Source: Chrysomallon squamiferum
Lineage: Eukaryota; Animalia; Mollusca
Direction of reading: 5' to 3'
Assembly: GCA_012295275.1 (NCBI GenBank)
Contig: CM022679.1
Coordinates: forward strand, 27,466,001 to 27,530,000
DNA: 64,000 nt
The translations under genes and the position numbers were made by a program. Below the pieces are notes generated by a model. It did not search any database and was not told the DNA's origin. It saw only the letters and a program-made list of their open reading frames with translations. Below, piece after piece: positions 40,793 to 55,959 of this stretch (its first letter is position 1; every line of letters begins with the position of its first letter).

Positions 40793-41880
40793 TTATTATT
40801 TATTTATTTCTTATATTTAAATAATTTTAATACATAGCCACAGATTAGTCAAGATATTATTAAGTGATATTTAAATAGTTTTTTCTTTTATATACATATT
40901 CATTAATATATTTTTGAAGAAAACACAAATAAGTGACCTTGTATTGGTTTCTAAGGTGAATGAATAAATTATTAATATCTGTATTTTATTAGGAAAACAA
41001 AACTTCATGGCTATGTGAAAAAAGGATTCAAACATGTTGAAAAAACTTTCAAGTAAACAGTTTTCCATTTCTTGCATGATATTTATCTATATTTACTGTA
41101 ATTCTTTTAATTATCCTCTTTTTCTTTTAATTTACGGACATGAATTTCAGTTTCAAAGGTTATTAACTATCAAAACGAATTTAAAAATAAAAATAATATA
41201 GTTTATCTTATTTGACACCTCAGTATTATTTTTGTTTTCATATACATGGATTCAAAATGATATCTTTTACATATAATAATTTAAATAAAATTAATAATTT
41301 AATAGTCTAGTTTTTATTTTTATTTGGATTTAAAATATTAATTTCAAATATTACTAATTAAATAAAATTAATCACATAGACTACATTATATAAAACTCCA
41401 ATCTTAATTTAATAAAAAATAGTTAATAAGACAAAACGACTTATGTTATAGCTTGCTTCATTTAAAACCACAGACTTATCCAATCTTTATTCCTATTTTC
41501 CTGCACACGGATATTTCAGTTTTAGAGTACTTTATAGTATATTCTAAACTAACTGCAGAGATAATTTGAAGAATGGAAAAGAACAAGGACAAAGTTTTGC
41601 TGCGCATTACCGTGGAGAACTGGTTGTCAACCTGTGGGCTGGGCTGGCAGACCCTGAGGAGCAGAGACTCTGGGAAGAAAACACTCTGAGTTTCTTCTTC
41701 TCAACCACAAAAAGTGCATCAGCTGTCGTCATAGCACACTTGGTAGACAGGTATCAGAGTTACATACACGCACACACACACACAGACTCACACAAAGAGA
41801 CACACACACATAGATATACAAATGTACAAACACACAGAGATACATGGTCACACACTTATATCTATCTTCATATCTCTTTG

Positions 41881-41956
<76 letters not shown>

Positions 41957-42836
41957 GGGAAAGAAAAAAACATAAAGTGATAAAAATGGTAGATAAAATA
42001 ATCTAAAACATTTAGTCAGGAATAGGTTTAACTCTTCATTCAAAATGTCCAGTTCTGATTCTTAGTGGAATTATTCAAAAAAGGTCTCGACTTTTATAGT
42101 TTGCCTGTTATCTTATAAGCACTCCAAAATACTGATAAATTATATTTTAAATCAGTTTTGAAATGGATCATTTCAGTTATAATTTATTTTTCAAATTTTA
42201 TATTACTTTTCCAGAGGATTTTTAAGTTATGAAGATAAAATATGCAATCACTGGCCTGAATTTGCTCAAAATGGAAAGGAGGAGATCACTCTGAAAATGT
42301 TTCTCAGCAATCACGTAAGGATAATTTAGTAAATTATTAACTGTTTTATTTTGTATTCTGCATTTTGCAAGAACTGAGAAATAAACAGAACTGACAGAAG
42401 GAACTGATAATAAGAATGTTGAACAAAAATAAAAGTGAATTTATTTAGTTTTTTTCAACCTTCCACCATACCAGTCCGTCTATGTCTTTGTTTCTGTTTG
42501 TCTCTTTAATAAAACAAAAAACATTTTCTCAGCTATATTCTTTCTGTTCATTCGCTCTTACACAGTTGTTGTGATCCAGTAGCATATAGAGGTTTGGTGA
42601 AGTCTGAGGCCAAATCTTTAACTTTACTCAAAACACTCAACTTAAGTATCTAGGATTGAGAAACTGTAAGAAGAAAAAGAATCTTAAATATGTAAGAAAA
42701 GCAAAAAAAACAAACAAACATGAAATCATTTTTTATTGAAATTAAATGTAAATTAGCCACATTAATTAATTTAAGTGCCAGCTTGGAGAAATCTAGAGCA
42801 GCTTGAACGACAAAATTAAAATAAATATTTATTTAT

Positions 42837-42896
<60 letters not shown>

Positions 42897-44847
42897 TTAT
42901 TATTATTATTATTATTATTTTTTTTTTTATGTTCAGGCTGGCAATATCTAGACACAGATTATGAATTATCCTGGATTAGAGATAATCCAGATGAGTTGAG
43001 TAGACTATTAGCTGATCAGAAACCATTGTGGACACCAGGTAACTATGGAAACTGTGCATTTAAAAAAACACTGTCTCTGACTTTGTATATATTAAAAAGA
43101 AAAAAAGAAAAGATTTACCGAATATCTGTTTTCTACATATCATTGAGAGTAAAAAGTCATCTTGATTTGCTGACTGAGTGTTTTCAACAACAAAAAAAGT
43201 ATCATAAAAGGTTTTAATAAGTTTTTCTTAACCCTTTCAGTGCACTTTGATATATACAGTGGAACCTCGAGTTACGAACTTAATTCGTTTCAGAACTCGG
43301 TTCGCAAACCGAAGCGATGCCAGACACACGAACGTCACTGTCGTGTTTTGCAATTATTTCTTTCTTAACCTCTACTGTGATACGTTTGTACTTTCCATCA
43401 GCATTTTTGCTTTCAGTTTTTGTTTTCTTGGGCGCCATATTGGATAGGGTATAATATTAAAATACACACATAACAGCAGCAACACTTTAAAAGATCCGAG
43501 CACACAATCTCAATGCAAAAGCTATTGAGCTGCAACTGCGTATCGAAGACTAAAGGCTCTAATTCATGATATATATTTTTGCTATAGAGCATTCTATAAT
43601 CTTTATTTTGAGTTCAGTCTTAACGTAAGCAGCTATTCTTATCTTTACTAGATGTTGACGTCAAAACCGACGTCAAAAGAAAGCTTGTAGTTCGTAAGTC
43701 GGGACATTATTCGTAAACCGAGACACAAATTGCCAAAGATCGCGGTTGGTAATCCAATTTTTTCGTGCTTCGAGGCGTTCGCAACCCGAGGTACCACTGT
43801 ATCTCAACGTGCTAGAAGACTACCACTGACACGATCTCTTGAAATGCCAGAATGTTTCAAGAATGACTTAACATTCCACCGAACTTTGGCTCGGAAAGGG
43901 TTAATCAATGGTAGTTGTATATTACTTTGCATATGAAATTATTTCCAGGATGTATGTATGTCTGTATGTCACTATATCTGAAATCATGTTTTGTAAATTC
44001 ACGTCGATATAAATATATTGAACCTGATATTTGCTTTCATGTGACAGGAAGAAAACATGGCTGCAATCCACTGACATTTGTTCTCTACCTTGACCAGATA
44101 GTGAGAAGAACTGACCCTAAACATCGAAGTTTGTCTCAGTACTTCAAAGAAGAAATTGCTGAACCTTTCAGTATGTGAATTTTTATTTTCTTAGAAAATT
44201 GGATTTTACAAAACATTTCAAACAAATCAAAGAATTTATGAAACGATATTTTATTTCTTATTTTTTACTTTCTTTTTTTGTATGTTCTTCTTCTTGTTTT
44301 GCTTGCAGTAAGCCAGAATATTTATATTACAATAAAACTGACATAAATTAATGAATATTATTTGTCACTAAATCTTTGATAAATCATAAAATATTATATA
44401 ATTCTGGCTAATATTGTGAGATTATGTTCATTTATACACTAGTGAAGTAAATTCAGAGGGTCCTTTATATAAAAATCTTTACTTAAAATATGAAAGAAAC
44501 AATGAAAAAATAAAGAATGAAACTGTATTTTAAGTGATAAAAATATTGTGTTTCTTGAAGATATTAATGTTATGTTGGTTACATTAATTCCTTTTTATTT
44601 TAGTTGTGTTATTAATCATGATATGCACTGACTATGTATATCAAAGATCCACCCCCCACCCCGGTACCATTTTTAATTATCTGATGCATACAAACGAAGT
44701 TTTGATCAGAGATGATATTTAGATTAATTCTTGTATAACTTTAATCTGGATAAGAAAAACAAAATCTAATAAGCTTCACAGTTTCTGGTACGCTGTTTAT
44801 AAAAGATTTCTTGCTAATTAATAAAATTGGCAACGAAACAATTTTCT

Positions 44848-44881
<34 letters not shown>

Positions 44882-45951
44882 AGAGATGATGGATATTAAA
44901 CCACCTTTTAAAAAATTGACTAGACTGTATTCACAGCTGTTTGACATTATTCAGACATAGACTTTCACATTGGCTTGCCAAAGTCTGAGCAGTATTGAGT
45001 GACGCGCTTGATGGTAAAAGAAGTGGAAACTAAGAAACATTGTCGGTTTAGAGAAGCCTTTAAAATGGTCCAGCGCCTTTTTAGAAATCCAAGAGACTGC
45101 AGACGAGTAAGCTAGACACAGAAATTATTATTTTTTCAACAATTCTCTAATAGTGTTGTTTAGTGTTTTCTTTTATTCCTTTTTTTTTATTTATTATTAT
45201 TTTTGTTTAATTATTTTTGTTGTTGGTTGTTGTTTTTTATTGTTGTTGTTGTTGTTGTTGTTTGGTTTTGAGTAGATGCACTGTTGTCAGGTGAATTGTG
45301 GGGTCACTGGTTTTTTGGAAGTGTGTTGTGATTTTATTTGTTTTCATAACTCTTTCAACAATATCAGTATGTATGTGTATGTATATATATATATATTTTA
45401 CATCTAACAGAGAAAGGTGATGCAGGACCCAAATTTTATGGAACTTCCGGTTGGCTCTACTCATGGGGTTGGAACTGCTGAAGCTGTTGCTAAGCTTCAT
45501 GGTATCCTAGGTAACGGGTCATATGATAAGGGACGGAGCATTCTCTCTGCAGAGGTGACTGAATTACTTCAGGAGCCGTTGTTCTGGGAAACGGATGTTC
45601 CACTAGATGAAGATAATAAGGTAAAAGGAACATATACTTAAATTATGAGAGCAGAATAATCTTCTCTTAGTTTTATAACTATTAACTGGTTAAACAAAAA
45701 ACTGAAACTGGTTTTTTTTACCTAAATATATATATCTGAAATTTTAAAATATTTTATTTGTTCAGATGTTTGGACATGGGGGATATGGAGGACAGTACGC
45801 TGCGGCAGACACTAAGTACCAAGCTGGATGGGCCTACGTGACCAACCATCTTGACTTGACATCTGGTGTTACTCAGTCAAAGTGGTTCAGTTTTTGTGAT
45901 GCTCTCTACAGATGCATTGATGAACTTAGAAAATACGAGGTCAATCCCTAG
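39825..45951 (+). pseudogene. Full-length beta-lactamase-domain hydrolase pseudogene (unit R1)
   Basis: Exons 39825-39922, 40993-41052, 41559-41750 (STTK), 42215-42314, 42937-43038, 44048-44170, 44955-45106, 45411-45620, 45766-45951. Three lesions: a net 4-nt deletion in exon 5 giving TAG at 42949-42951, HGYH changed to HGCN (catalytic Tyr lost), and a CGA-to-TGA stop at 44996-44998. Confidence 0.88.
43257..43799 (-). mobile_element. Same Tigger-like insertion in intron 5 of R1
   Basis: TA-CAGTGGAACCTCGAGTTACGAAC ... GTTCGCAACCCGAGGTACCACTG-TA with a TA target duplication. The reverse complement of ATGGCGCCCAAGAAAA lies at ~43438. Confidence 0.85.
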
Positions 45952-46819
45952 CAGAGTATTTACTAAATCTTTATTAACAGAATGATGGGAAAAAATGTAT
46001 TATTGTTATACTACTGCGGTGTTCATTAATGTTTTATTAAGAGGATTAAGGAATTTTAGAAAATTATTTTTATACTAACAGAGTATTTGTTAATGTTCTA
46101 ACAAGCGCAATAATGCATTTTTTAAAATTATTCTTATACAAACTGAATATTTGATAAATGTTTATTAACAGGATTATGGACAAAAATGTATTATTGTTAT
46201 ACTACTGCACTGTTCATTAAGGCTTTATTAAAATGATTTTTTATCATTATTGTTTAACTTCTACAATATTTGTTAATGTTGTATTCGGAGGATTATGGAA
46301 TTTTTTGTTTTATTTGTATAAAACATTGGGTATGAGGATATGTTGGTTTTGTTTGCTTCTCCATGCATGTCCTTTCAGGCCCTTTATTTAATTGTTAAAA
46401 AGTTTTTAAAATATATATACGAGATGAAATAAACTAATATCTGACATTGCTCTGATAAATTCTTTTAATAAATTTTAGCAGATGATTGAAAAGAAATCCT
46501 TTTTCTTTATTTTAATACCTTTGACTTTTGTTATTTTTGAACATTTTAATTATTTATTTATTTATTTATTTATTATTCTTTGTATATTATCAAACAGAAG
46601 CAACTGTTTTTAATTTTCTTAGCCAAAATAATAATATTAGAACATAAATACAAACTTGGCTTTATTCTCTTGTTATTCATTTTTTATATATTATTCATAA
46701 ATGTTTCAGAATGTAAGAAGTAAAAACAAAAGCAGACAGTTATATAGTGTTAATTTTAATGCACATGTTAATTATTGCAAATATATTTTTATGTGGTTGT
46801 GTATCTGTTTGCTATTTAG

Positions 46820-47140
46820 TTTACTGTTTTTGTTCAATAACGTGTTCAACCACTGCGCTGTTGTGTATTTTGTGTTATTTACTTTACTGTTTTTCAGATA
46901 ATAACACTGTACTGCTGTGTATTTTGGGTTATTTATTTTACTGTTTTTCAGTTAATAACACTGTACCGCTGTTATTTTGTGTTATTTACTTTACTGTTTT
47001 TCAGTCAATAACACTGTACTGCTGTGTATTTTGGGTTATTTATTTTACTGTTTTTCAATTAATAACACTGCACTGCTGTTTTTTTGTGTTTTTTATTTTA
47101 CTGTTTTTCAGTTAATAACACTGTACTGTTGTGTATTTTG
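46820..47140. repeat. Minisatellite, ~53-bp unit, about 6 copies
   Basis: Repeated aataacactgtactgctgtgtattttgggttatttattttactgtttttcagtt. Confidence 0.85.
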
Positions 47141-47813
47141 ATCAGTGGTGTGTACATTACAAGAACAAATAAATATAACTTTTACTTACAAATTCACCAC
47201 GTTTTAATTACCTTTTTTGTTTTTTGCTGAATCCCTTTATCCATATAAATTAATAAATTAATAAATATCTAAACCAGTTAATACATATCTAAACCAGTTA
47301 ATATTATCTAAACCAGTGTCTCTTCGACCTTTATTAATCCACTTAATAATGAACGCTAAATGTTTCCTTTTTGCTTTTTCACTACCATGTTGCGTTTCAG
47401 CTGGCCTTTTAGACATAGCTATAAATGAAAATTACGATAAATTACTACACATAATCACGTAACTGTGAGAGGATCACCTATACATAACAGCTATCGCTCT
47501 GCATGCGTGTGTGCGTGTTTGGTCGTGTCTGTGTGTGTGTCTGTGCATGTGTGTGTGTGTATGTGTGTGTGTGTGTGCGTGTGTCCAAGGCACAGACCAA
47601 ACTGTGACATTAAGGACATGTTTGTTTGTTGCTCAAGTTTGTTTACATTTTTCTCAACAAAGTTACATGTTCCCGTTTGCGGCAGTGTTGGGTTTGAGTG
47701 CTTTCACTGACCTGTTATCGTCTAGCTTCCCTCTTGAAACAATTTTCTAACTGCATTTTAGTGAACAAAATTGTAATACCTTGGTGCGACTTGATAAAGA
47801 TAAAAAAAAAAAA

Positions 47814-47845
<32 letters not shown>

Positions 47846-47925
47846 AATTACATCAATTAAAAATAATAGCAGTTGACTGAACTTACTGTAAATGTTGTAT
47901 ACTGTGCTTGCAGGTGATGTAAACG

Positions 47926-49337
47926 ATGGACTATCAGCCAGTCTCCTATTTATTAATTGCAATATCAGGTGTGTTGTTCGACGCCTTAGAATACTTATAC
48001 TAATCTACAATGAAATGTACTTTAGAATTTAAGGGTTTAAAATCACGTTAATAGTTTGAGTCAGTGACAATAAAAATAAATAAAACCTCTACTTTATGGT
48101 GATAATGTAGAAAATATTTGTTACATTGTAGGTATTGTGTTGTGTCTTACGTATATTTGTGTTTATACCCTGGCAGTAGCTTATCTTTATTTTATTTTTT
48201 TATTATTATTATTATTTTATTTATTTATCTTAATATTTATCAAATAATCATTATCATACAATTTTCATTCTTTATGTTCTTTCTATTTCCTTTTTTTCTT
48301 CTTTTTCTTTGTTGGAATTATTATTATTATTTTTTTTTGTTACTAATATTTTAATTAATTATTTCTTTATTTATATTTGGTTGATACGAAGGCCAATTTT
48401 TTATCTTTTTTTTTGTTTATTTTTTTAAAATTAATTATTTATTTCTTTTCTTTTCTTCCATAAATTATTACGACGCTAAGTAGATTTTCACTTAAATACG
48501 ATCAACTCCATACAAATACACTTTAACAAATTTATTTATTTATTTATTCATTCATTCATTCATTCATTAATGTTAAAATACCCCATTTTATAATTATTAT
48601 TATGAATTAATATATTAAGAGTACTCTCCCTTTAGTTCAAAGATCGCTGAAATGTTTACTCCGTGTAGATTATATTTGAAAATGTACGAAGAAGAAATTT
48701 ACTTATTTATTTATTTCACTAACGTCTACATACTCTAACCCTCATTCTTCGAAGAAGAAAGCAAACACATTTGGTACCTTTTATTCAAGAAAAACTCAGT
48801 ATACTGATTCAATAATCTGATCATTGATTTACATTTATTTAAACTTTTAGAAAAACGTGTTGTAACAAAATTGTAACTGTATGTAATGGGTTTATGAATT
48901 ATTTAACAAATAAAATGAAGAATATTAAAGTTAAATGTGTGAATATTTTATACAAAACTCGAAATAAATATAGAATATAAAAACGGATTAAATTTGTAAT
49001 TTTACAGACACTTTAGAATATTTTAATATTAATTGAGGAACGGTACTTTTGTTTTCTTTCTTTCTTTCTTATTATTTATTTATTTATTTTTAATATAATT
49101 TTAATACATAAATTACTCCAGACTTTAATAACTGATACCTATCTATTTTCTTAATTTTTTATTGTTATTATTATTTTTATTTTTACATATTCATTAATGT
49201 ATTTCTGAAGAATACAGAAATAATGGTTTTTAAGGTGAATGAATGAATTATTAATATCTTTTTATTCAGGAAAAAATGATACCAAAACTTCATGGCTATG
49301 TGAAAAAAGGATTTGAAGATGTTGAAGAAACTTTCAA
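47926..49337 (+). pseudogene. Truncated hydrolase relic R2 (exon 1 and exon 2 only)
   Basis: Exon 1 begins ATGGACTATCAGCCAGTC at 47926 and has a ~7-nt deletion followed by an early TAA. Exon 2 is at 49270-49337 (PKLHGYVKKGFEDVEETF). Intron-2 homology is cut at ~49998, just before exon 3 would start. Confidence 0.8.
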
Positions 49338-49997
49338 GTAAACAGTTTTCCATTTCTTCCACCAAATTTATCTATGTTTACTGTAATTCTTTTTTTCCCC
49401 TCTCTTTTTTAATATATGGACATGAATTTCAGTTCAAAAGGTTATTAATTTTCAAAAAGAATTTAAAAATAAAACTAATATAGTTTAGCTGATTTGACAC
49501 CTCAGTATTATTCCATTTATATTTTTGTTTTCATATACATGGATTCAAAATATTAACTTTTAAAAATAATGATTTAAATAAAGTTAATGATATCATATTC
49601 TACTTCAATTAAAACTCCAATTTTATCCTATTTTTACTTTTATTTGGATTAAAATATTAACTGTTAAAAATAATCAATTAAACAAAACTAATAACATCAC
49701 AGCCTGCATAGTATGAAATCCCAATCTTATGCTATTTTTATTTTTATCTGGGTATAAAATATTAACTTTCAGAAATAATTAATTAAACAAAACTAATAAT
49801 ACTATAGTATGCTTCATATAAAATCCTAATCTTATTCTATTTTTATTTTTATTTGGATTTAACATATTAATTCAAAAAATAATTAATTAAACAAAACTAC
49901 TTATATTATAGGTTGCTTCATATAAAACCATATCTTATCCAATCTTTATTCCTATTTTCCTGCACATGGATGTTTCAGTTTTAAAGAGTTCTTTATA

Positions 49998-50115
49998 TTC
50001 ATTCAGTTTAGAAACAATTAAAAAGTCATTTATTTCTTTTTTCTTCAGAAATACTTTAATGAATATGTAATAATAATAATAATAATAATAATTCTAATAA
50101 TAATAATAATAATTC

Positions 50116-50149
<34 letters not shown>

Positions 50150-52089
50150 AACAAAATATATATATAAAAAGAAAAGAAACATAGGTATAATAAAATCAGA
50201 AGTAATATAGTTTTAATATATAGAACTATATTAAACATTTTTAATAAATACTAATACTAATACTACTAATAATAATAATAAAGAAAGAAAGAAAAGAAAG
50301 AAAAATACCTGTTTGAAACACGTACATCTGTTAATATGAAAATATTCTACAATGTATTTAAAACTGGAAATTTAGTAAGATTTTATACTATATAATTATC
50401 ATAAGGTGTTTCGTGTAACAAAATGAAACACTTTTTCTTTTTTTTAAATAGTATTCTATTTGATTTCAACTAGCCATATCAATTTTTATGTTGTCTTTGG
50501 ACATTTTTCAATTAAGTTAAATAAGTGTAAATCAACGATCAAATTACTGAATGGAAAGACTGAATATTCTGTTGAATGAAAGGTAGAGAAACATCAATGG
50601 AAATGTATTTACTTTCTTGGAAGAAGAAGAAGATGAAGAAGAAGAAGAGAAAGAAGAGAAAGAAGAATGAGGTTTGGAGTATCTAGACGTTAGTGAATTA
50701 AATAAGTAAGCACGTTTCTTCTTCGTACTCTTTCAAATAAAATCAACATGGAGTTAACATTTCTGCGATCTTTTGAACTAAAGGGAGAGTACTCTCAATT
50801 CATAAATTCATAATCATAATTATTAATGGGTTATTTCCACTTACACTTATGTACCTATGTACAGGAACGAACTTCTCATCCCACTTTATGACATCCGGAA
50901 ATAACAGAAATTCGGCTACTTTTTTTTAATTTATTATTTTTATTTTTTAAACTTTTTGAATTTCGCGGGTTGGCTGAAGTTCGAAGCGCAGCCGCCATGT
51001 TTTTATTTTCGGGGCGTGCATACAGCACGACTCAGTTTCAGTTTGACAGTGTCGTGTTTCAGTTATCCTCTCACAGTTACGTGATTAACTGTTTTAATTT
51101 ATTATAATTTTCAGTTATAACCATGTCTATTATATTATTTCAGACCAGCCCGTATTTACTTACTACATTTATTTATTTATTTTACTTTATTTCCATTTCA
51201 TTCTTTAAAACATTTCAACTTATTTAATAACTTCAAGTATACACTAATACTAGACAGGTATTATTTATCTTATTATTGTCATCCTCGTCAGCCTTCTTCT
51301 TCTTCTTCTTCTTCATATTGTTGTATGTTATGTTATTGTTATTATTATTACTGTTGTTATTATTATGATTGTTTTTATTATTATTATTATTATTGTTATT
51401 ATTATTATTATGATGATGAAAAATATCAGATTAAAGCGGTTTTAGCATTACAATATAACATTTTACATTCAAATAATGGTACCATATCTAGTGTTCATTT
51501 TTTCTCAAGTTAACGTTGAGTGGAAAGAGTAAATAAAAATACAGATCTAATACACAAAGAACGTGCATGATAATAACAGACACTCGCTTCAGATACTCGC
51601 GATGTACTGACAGTTTTGCTCGGAGCCACAGGTGGTCGTACAAGGCAGGTGTCACTGTAGATGCTGCTGAAAGCTTTTAATTAAGTTAGGAAAATAACTG
51701 AGAAGATTATAACCAAAAAGCAAAAGGACAACATACGCACACGCAACCACACACACACACACACACACATATACGCACATACATTACCACACACACTTAC
51801 AGCATGCAAACACACACTTTGCCAACGGACGTCCAGCCAGGATGACACAGAAGGGAGATAACTCTTAGAAGACAGTTTAATTTTTGATACTGAAAGGTTA
51901 AGTTGAAATTTATAAACTTGCGCGATCGCCGAAACCACTGCCACAAAAAACCCGTAAAATACTTGAGTATGTTTTTCTCACGATTGTACACACAGAGTCA
52001 GTTCAGTACACTGTTATCAGGTAAATAAATACATTTAGGCGTTACTACTATTTGATATATTTTAACTGCATACTATTCCTTTGTTCCAT
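49998..52089 (-). repeat. Second inverted duplication: reverse-complement copy of the spacer ~28496-31092 with an internal deletion
   Basis: atggaacaaaggaatagtatgcag (28496) pairs with ctgcatactattcctttgttccat (to 52089). The spurious ORFs 28596+ and 51797- translate almost identically. Spacer segment ~29400-29940 is missing from this copy. Confidence 0.85.
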
Positions 52090-52379
52090 AATAAATTATG
52101 AAGCTTCGGGCTTGCTTATTACGCATTAAATTGCTTCATGTTTTGTTGGACTGTACATTTTCTGTTAATGTTTGTTGATTGATGACGCTACCAAGTTTAA
52201 TTAATTTTTATTTGTCCTAAGGAGGTTTGTTGTTTAACGAGTTATTAGTATCGTTTATGCTTGAGCGTTTTATTATATTTCTTGTTTAACTTGAATATAC
52301 TAGGCTTGTCACTATGACAGTACGTTTCAATATTTTATTATGTTTCCTAAATTTGTCAGTCCGTCAGTACCAGGTTTTA

Positions 52380-52510
52380 ATTAATGTTTATTTATTTACT
52401 ATGGTTCATGTTTGAATGTTTTATTATGTGTTTTTTAAAAATGTTTTTATTATGTGTTTATTTATTTACTATGGTTCATGTTTGAATGTTTTATTATGTG
52501 TTTTTTTTAA
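52380..52510. repeat. ~70-bp direct duplication
   Basis: tgtttatttatttactatggttcatgtttgaatgttttattatgtgttttttt occurs twice. Confidence 0.7.
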
Positions 52511-55500
52511 ATATTAAATTTGTCACTCTGTCAGTACCAGGTTTTGATTAATGTTTATTTAATTAGTCTCGTGCATGTTTGAGCGTTTTATTAACTGTGT
52601 TGTTTTATTTGAATGCACTAAATTTGGAACCTTGACATTTAATACCGTAATAACCAACGACATTGAGCGAAACCTTAGCGTTGTGCTTACGTTATGATTT
52701 ATCGTCTGCTAACTGGGACCTCGGGGAGAATTTCTCATTCATTTTTGTTCTGCTAGTCACATGATGCAAGCAGGCGTTGTAATTGGACAGTCATGGGTAT
52801 TTTAGTACTAGAATTATCGAGAACATCACCAAGTACATGACAACTTGATGAGTCATAACATTCATCAACGCTAACAATTTTGGCTGTCATTTGTACTGCA
52901 AAGCGTAACCTAAGTACAGCGGTTCGCCTGAACGCTGCAGCTTGAACTGTTATGGACAATCAACAGTGGATAGATAACCTGCTTTTTATTCTTCATTTAG
53001 TTTTGTTCCGTGACATATCACATCAACTTTCTTTCTTTTATTTTTTTTTTAAAATATTTTTTTTTAACTATTTAATTATTTTACACCAAGAAAAACAGCA
53101 ACAAAAAATACCCAAAACATAAAAGAGCAAAAGAAAAAAAAAAATAAAAAAAAAATTAAATTAAAAGAAGAAGAAGAAGAAAAAATAAATAACGAAAATA
53201 ATACAAAACCTTACACTCGTCTAGTTCAACAGGAACTTAATTTCTAAGCCCGTATTCTAGCTGGTATATTTACTAAAATTTCCGGCTACTGTACAGTGGC
53301 TGTTAACTCCTAAACTTTCCTATTCTTCAGTAGATTTTTTTACTTTTTAAAATTTGTTTTTGTAAAGCAGTGTGGACTGAAACCATTAAAGTCAAGAAGC
53401 TCAAAACATTTAGTTTCATAGTTTATCCGCCATCGCCTGAACATATCTTGCACATTGGTAACAAAATATCACATTTCTGTTTGGGTAGACGCTGTGTACA
53501 ACAGCGTGATGCTGTCTGCGTATTTTAAGATCACTTGGCTGATAAAATACTCTCCTAACTGTAGCTCACTGAAGCAGAGATAAAATGCAAAGCTTAGACA
53601 CACAGGGTCGATCCTCAACGCAGTCTTTTTACTAACTAGTACATGTTGACGCCATCGTCAAATAGCTACGCTAAACTGTTTAGTTGAAGGGGCATATAAA
53701 AGAACACTTACTGCTAATGAATAACTGTAGGAAAGATAATGGAGACTGTGGGTTGCCTTTCATGCCGTTATTATATAAACAACAAGAATGACAGAGCTAA
53801 TATACAGTTTGTTTACATAATTATGTATAAAATTAATTTCATTTATTTTTCATCATCATCATATCATCATCATCATCATCATCATCATATTATTATTATT
53901 ATTATTATTATCGTTACATTTATTTCTATTGCTCTTATTATTATTTTTTTTATATTTTTGTTTGTTTGTTTAGTTACGAATATAAATCTTTGTTAAACAC
54001 TTCACATTTAGTACAAACGAACAGACAAACGCATCACTACAAAGACAAAGAAATATGCAGAGAGGACAGACACAGATTATACAAACATACTGAATATATG
54101 TGACTTAGACACTGATATACCTATGTATATATTTGTCTCTCTCTCTCTTTTTGTTCATCTAAATATCTGGCCATTTATGTCTATATTTATATTTCTGTAT
54201 TTGTCTCTCTGTCTGTCTGTCTGTCTGTTAGTTTATCCATCCATCCTTCCATTCATATATATATATATATAGTTAGATAGAGAGATACACAGATATATAG
54301 ATATATGGATAGATAGATAGATAGATTGATAGAAAGAGATATTGATCTATAAATATATAGAGTTGCTATACATTGAGTTCTTAGGACACAAACATCACAA
54401 ACAGATCAGTGTGTCGTGTAATTTTAGTAGTTTCCAATCGGTGATCAAAAACGGTCATAAATACTCGCATTGTTCCATTCTCAATTATAAACGTATAGGC
54501 ACGATAAATAAAGAAATAAATAAAAGAAAGAAATATAAAAAAAAAAAAATAAAAAAAAAGAAGAAGAAGAAGAAGAAAAAAAGAAGATAAAGAACTCCAC
54601 AATCCCGGGAATAATAATAGTATTATCCGAAACGTTTTATTTTTTTTATTATTATTATTTTTGTAATCTTCATTACAATCTTAAATTACTAGGAGTTAAA
54701 CCCTGAGGCTTAAGTCTGAACATTATTTATCTGTGGTTTCAAGTGTGTCATCTTCGCGGTCGTATCTTTATTTAAAATTTTATTTTTCTTGGCTACTTTA
54801 ACAATAGGTTTTATATATATATATATATATATAAATGAATTTTTTTAGTTTTTTTTGATGTTTTGCTAAAGTAAAGGTGTTTGCTCATGTATAAACGATA
54901 TGAATAATTTATGACTGAACGACGTTGAGGTTATTTTAAATCGCGGGCTATTGTGAAGTAAAATAACTTCTTTGTCGGGCGATTATCACGGTGTCTTAGA
55001 TAGACGATAACAATTTATGAGGGAGCTTTTGCAGAAGCGACATTTGTAGATGTATCTTTTCAGTACAGTGATGCTTTGTGATTTTTGTTAGTCTTTTTTT
55101 TAACAGATGTTTTGTGTACTGAAATAAGCGCCGAAGATATGTATCTATACACAATGGAAAGAGACGATATCTATAATTAATACTGGTAGGAGAAATTCAA
55201 GCCAAAGTAAACAAACAAATTAAAACGTCATCAGAAATATTTTCTTTTAATACGAACACGCTTCAGATCAGATAAGGGCTCAGAGGTTATTTTCACTGAA
55301 TGCATCCTCCCCACAGAGTGAGATGGGTGTTTTCCCGTTCCGTTTACTGCTCCTATTGTGTGTTATCAAAGGCAAAGAAATGAGATTGCAGGAAAGGACG
55401 CGTGTTTGTTGTTTTTCTTGCACGTGGGTTTGTGTAAAACCTGTCATGCTGCTGTCTGGTGGTAATGGACAGCTGCGGGTTTCTACTCTTTTTGTCTTCA

Positions 55501-55918
55501 TAAAATCGAAACTGAATGTTTTTAGTCTTCGTAAATATAGCATCAGCGGGTAAAACATTTATAAATCGTCAGTTCAGTAGTTCGCTGACTTGTTCGTCTT
55601 TCATTCGTTCGTGTATTCATTCTTTTTTCACTCATTTGTTTTTTTTCTTTCTGTTTCAGTTAATATGGCATATGAGACAGACGTTACATGTATCAGGTGC
55701 AGTCATCGATAAAAAAAAAAAAAAAAAAAAAAAAAATGAAAAAAATGAATTAAATAAAATAAAAATAATAATAACAATTCTAATAGCAATAAAATTATGT
55801 AAATATAGCGCCACACAAATAACAATAAATAGACCACTAAAACTGTTCACATAAAATTTAACTTTATTTGTTCACTATCGATTCATGTTATGTGCGTTTG
55901 TTATTTTCAAAACTCAAA

Positions 55919-55959
<41 letters not shown>

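Noticed and set aside
44996-44998. In-frame TGA in R1 as selenocysteine or programmed read-through
   Set aside because: It aligns to Arg CGA in the paralogues (a CpG transition), and the copy has an independent frameshift and has lost its catalytic Tyr.
46820-47140. Regularly spaced repeats resembling a CRISPR array
   Set aside because: The units are head-to-tail with no unique spacers, there are no cas genes and the context is eukaryotic, so this is a minisatellite.
52753-55558. Short non-repetitive ORFs (52753-52959, 55280-55558, 55323-55553)
   Set aside because: They have no recognisable domain or consistent splice chain; a non-coding RNA or UTR here cannot be excluded.
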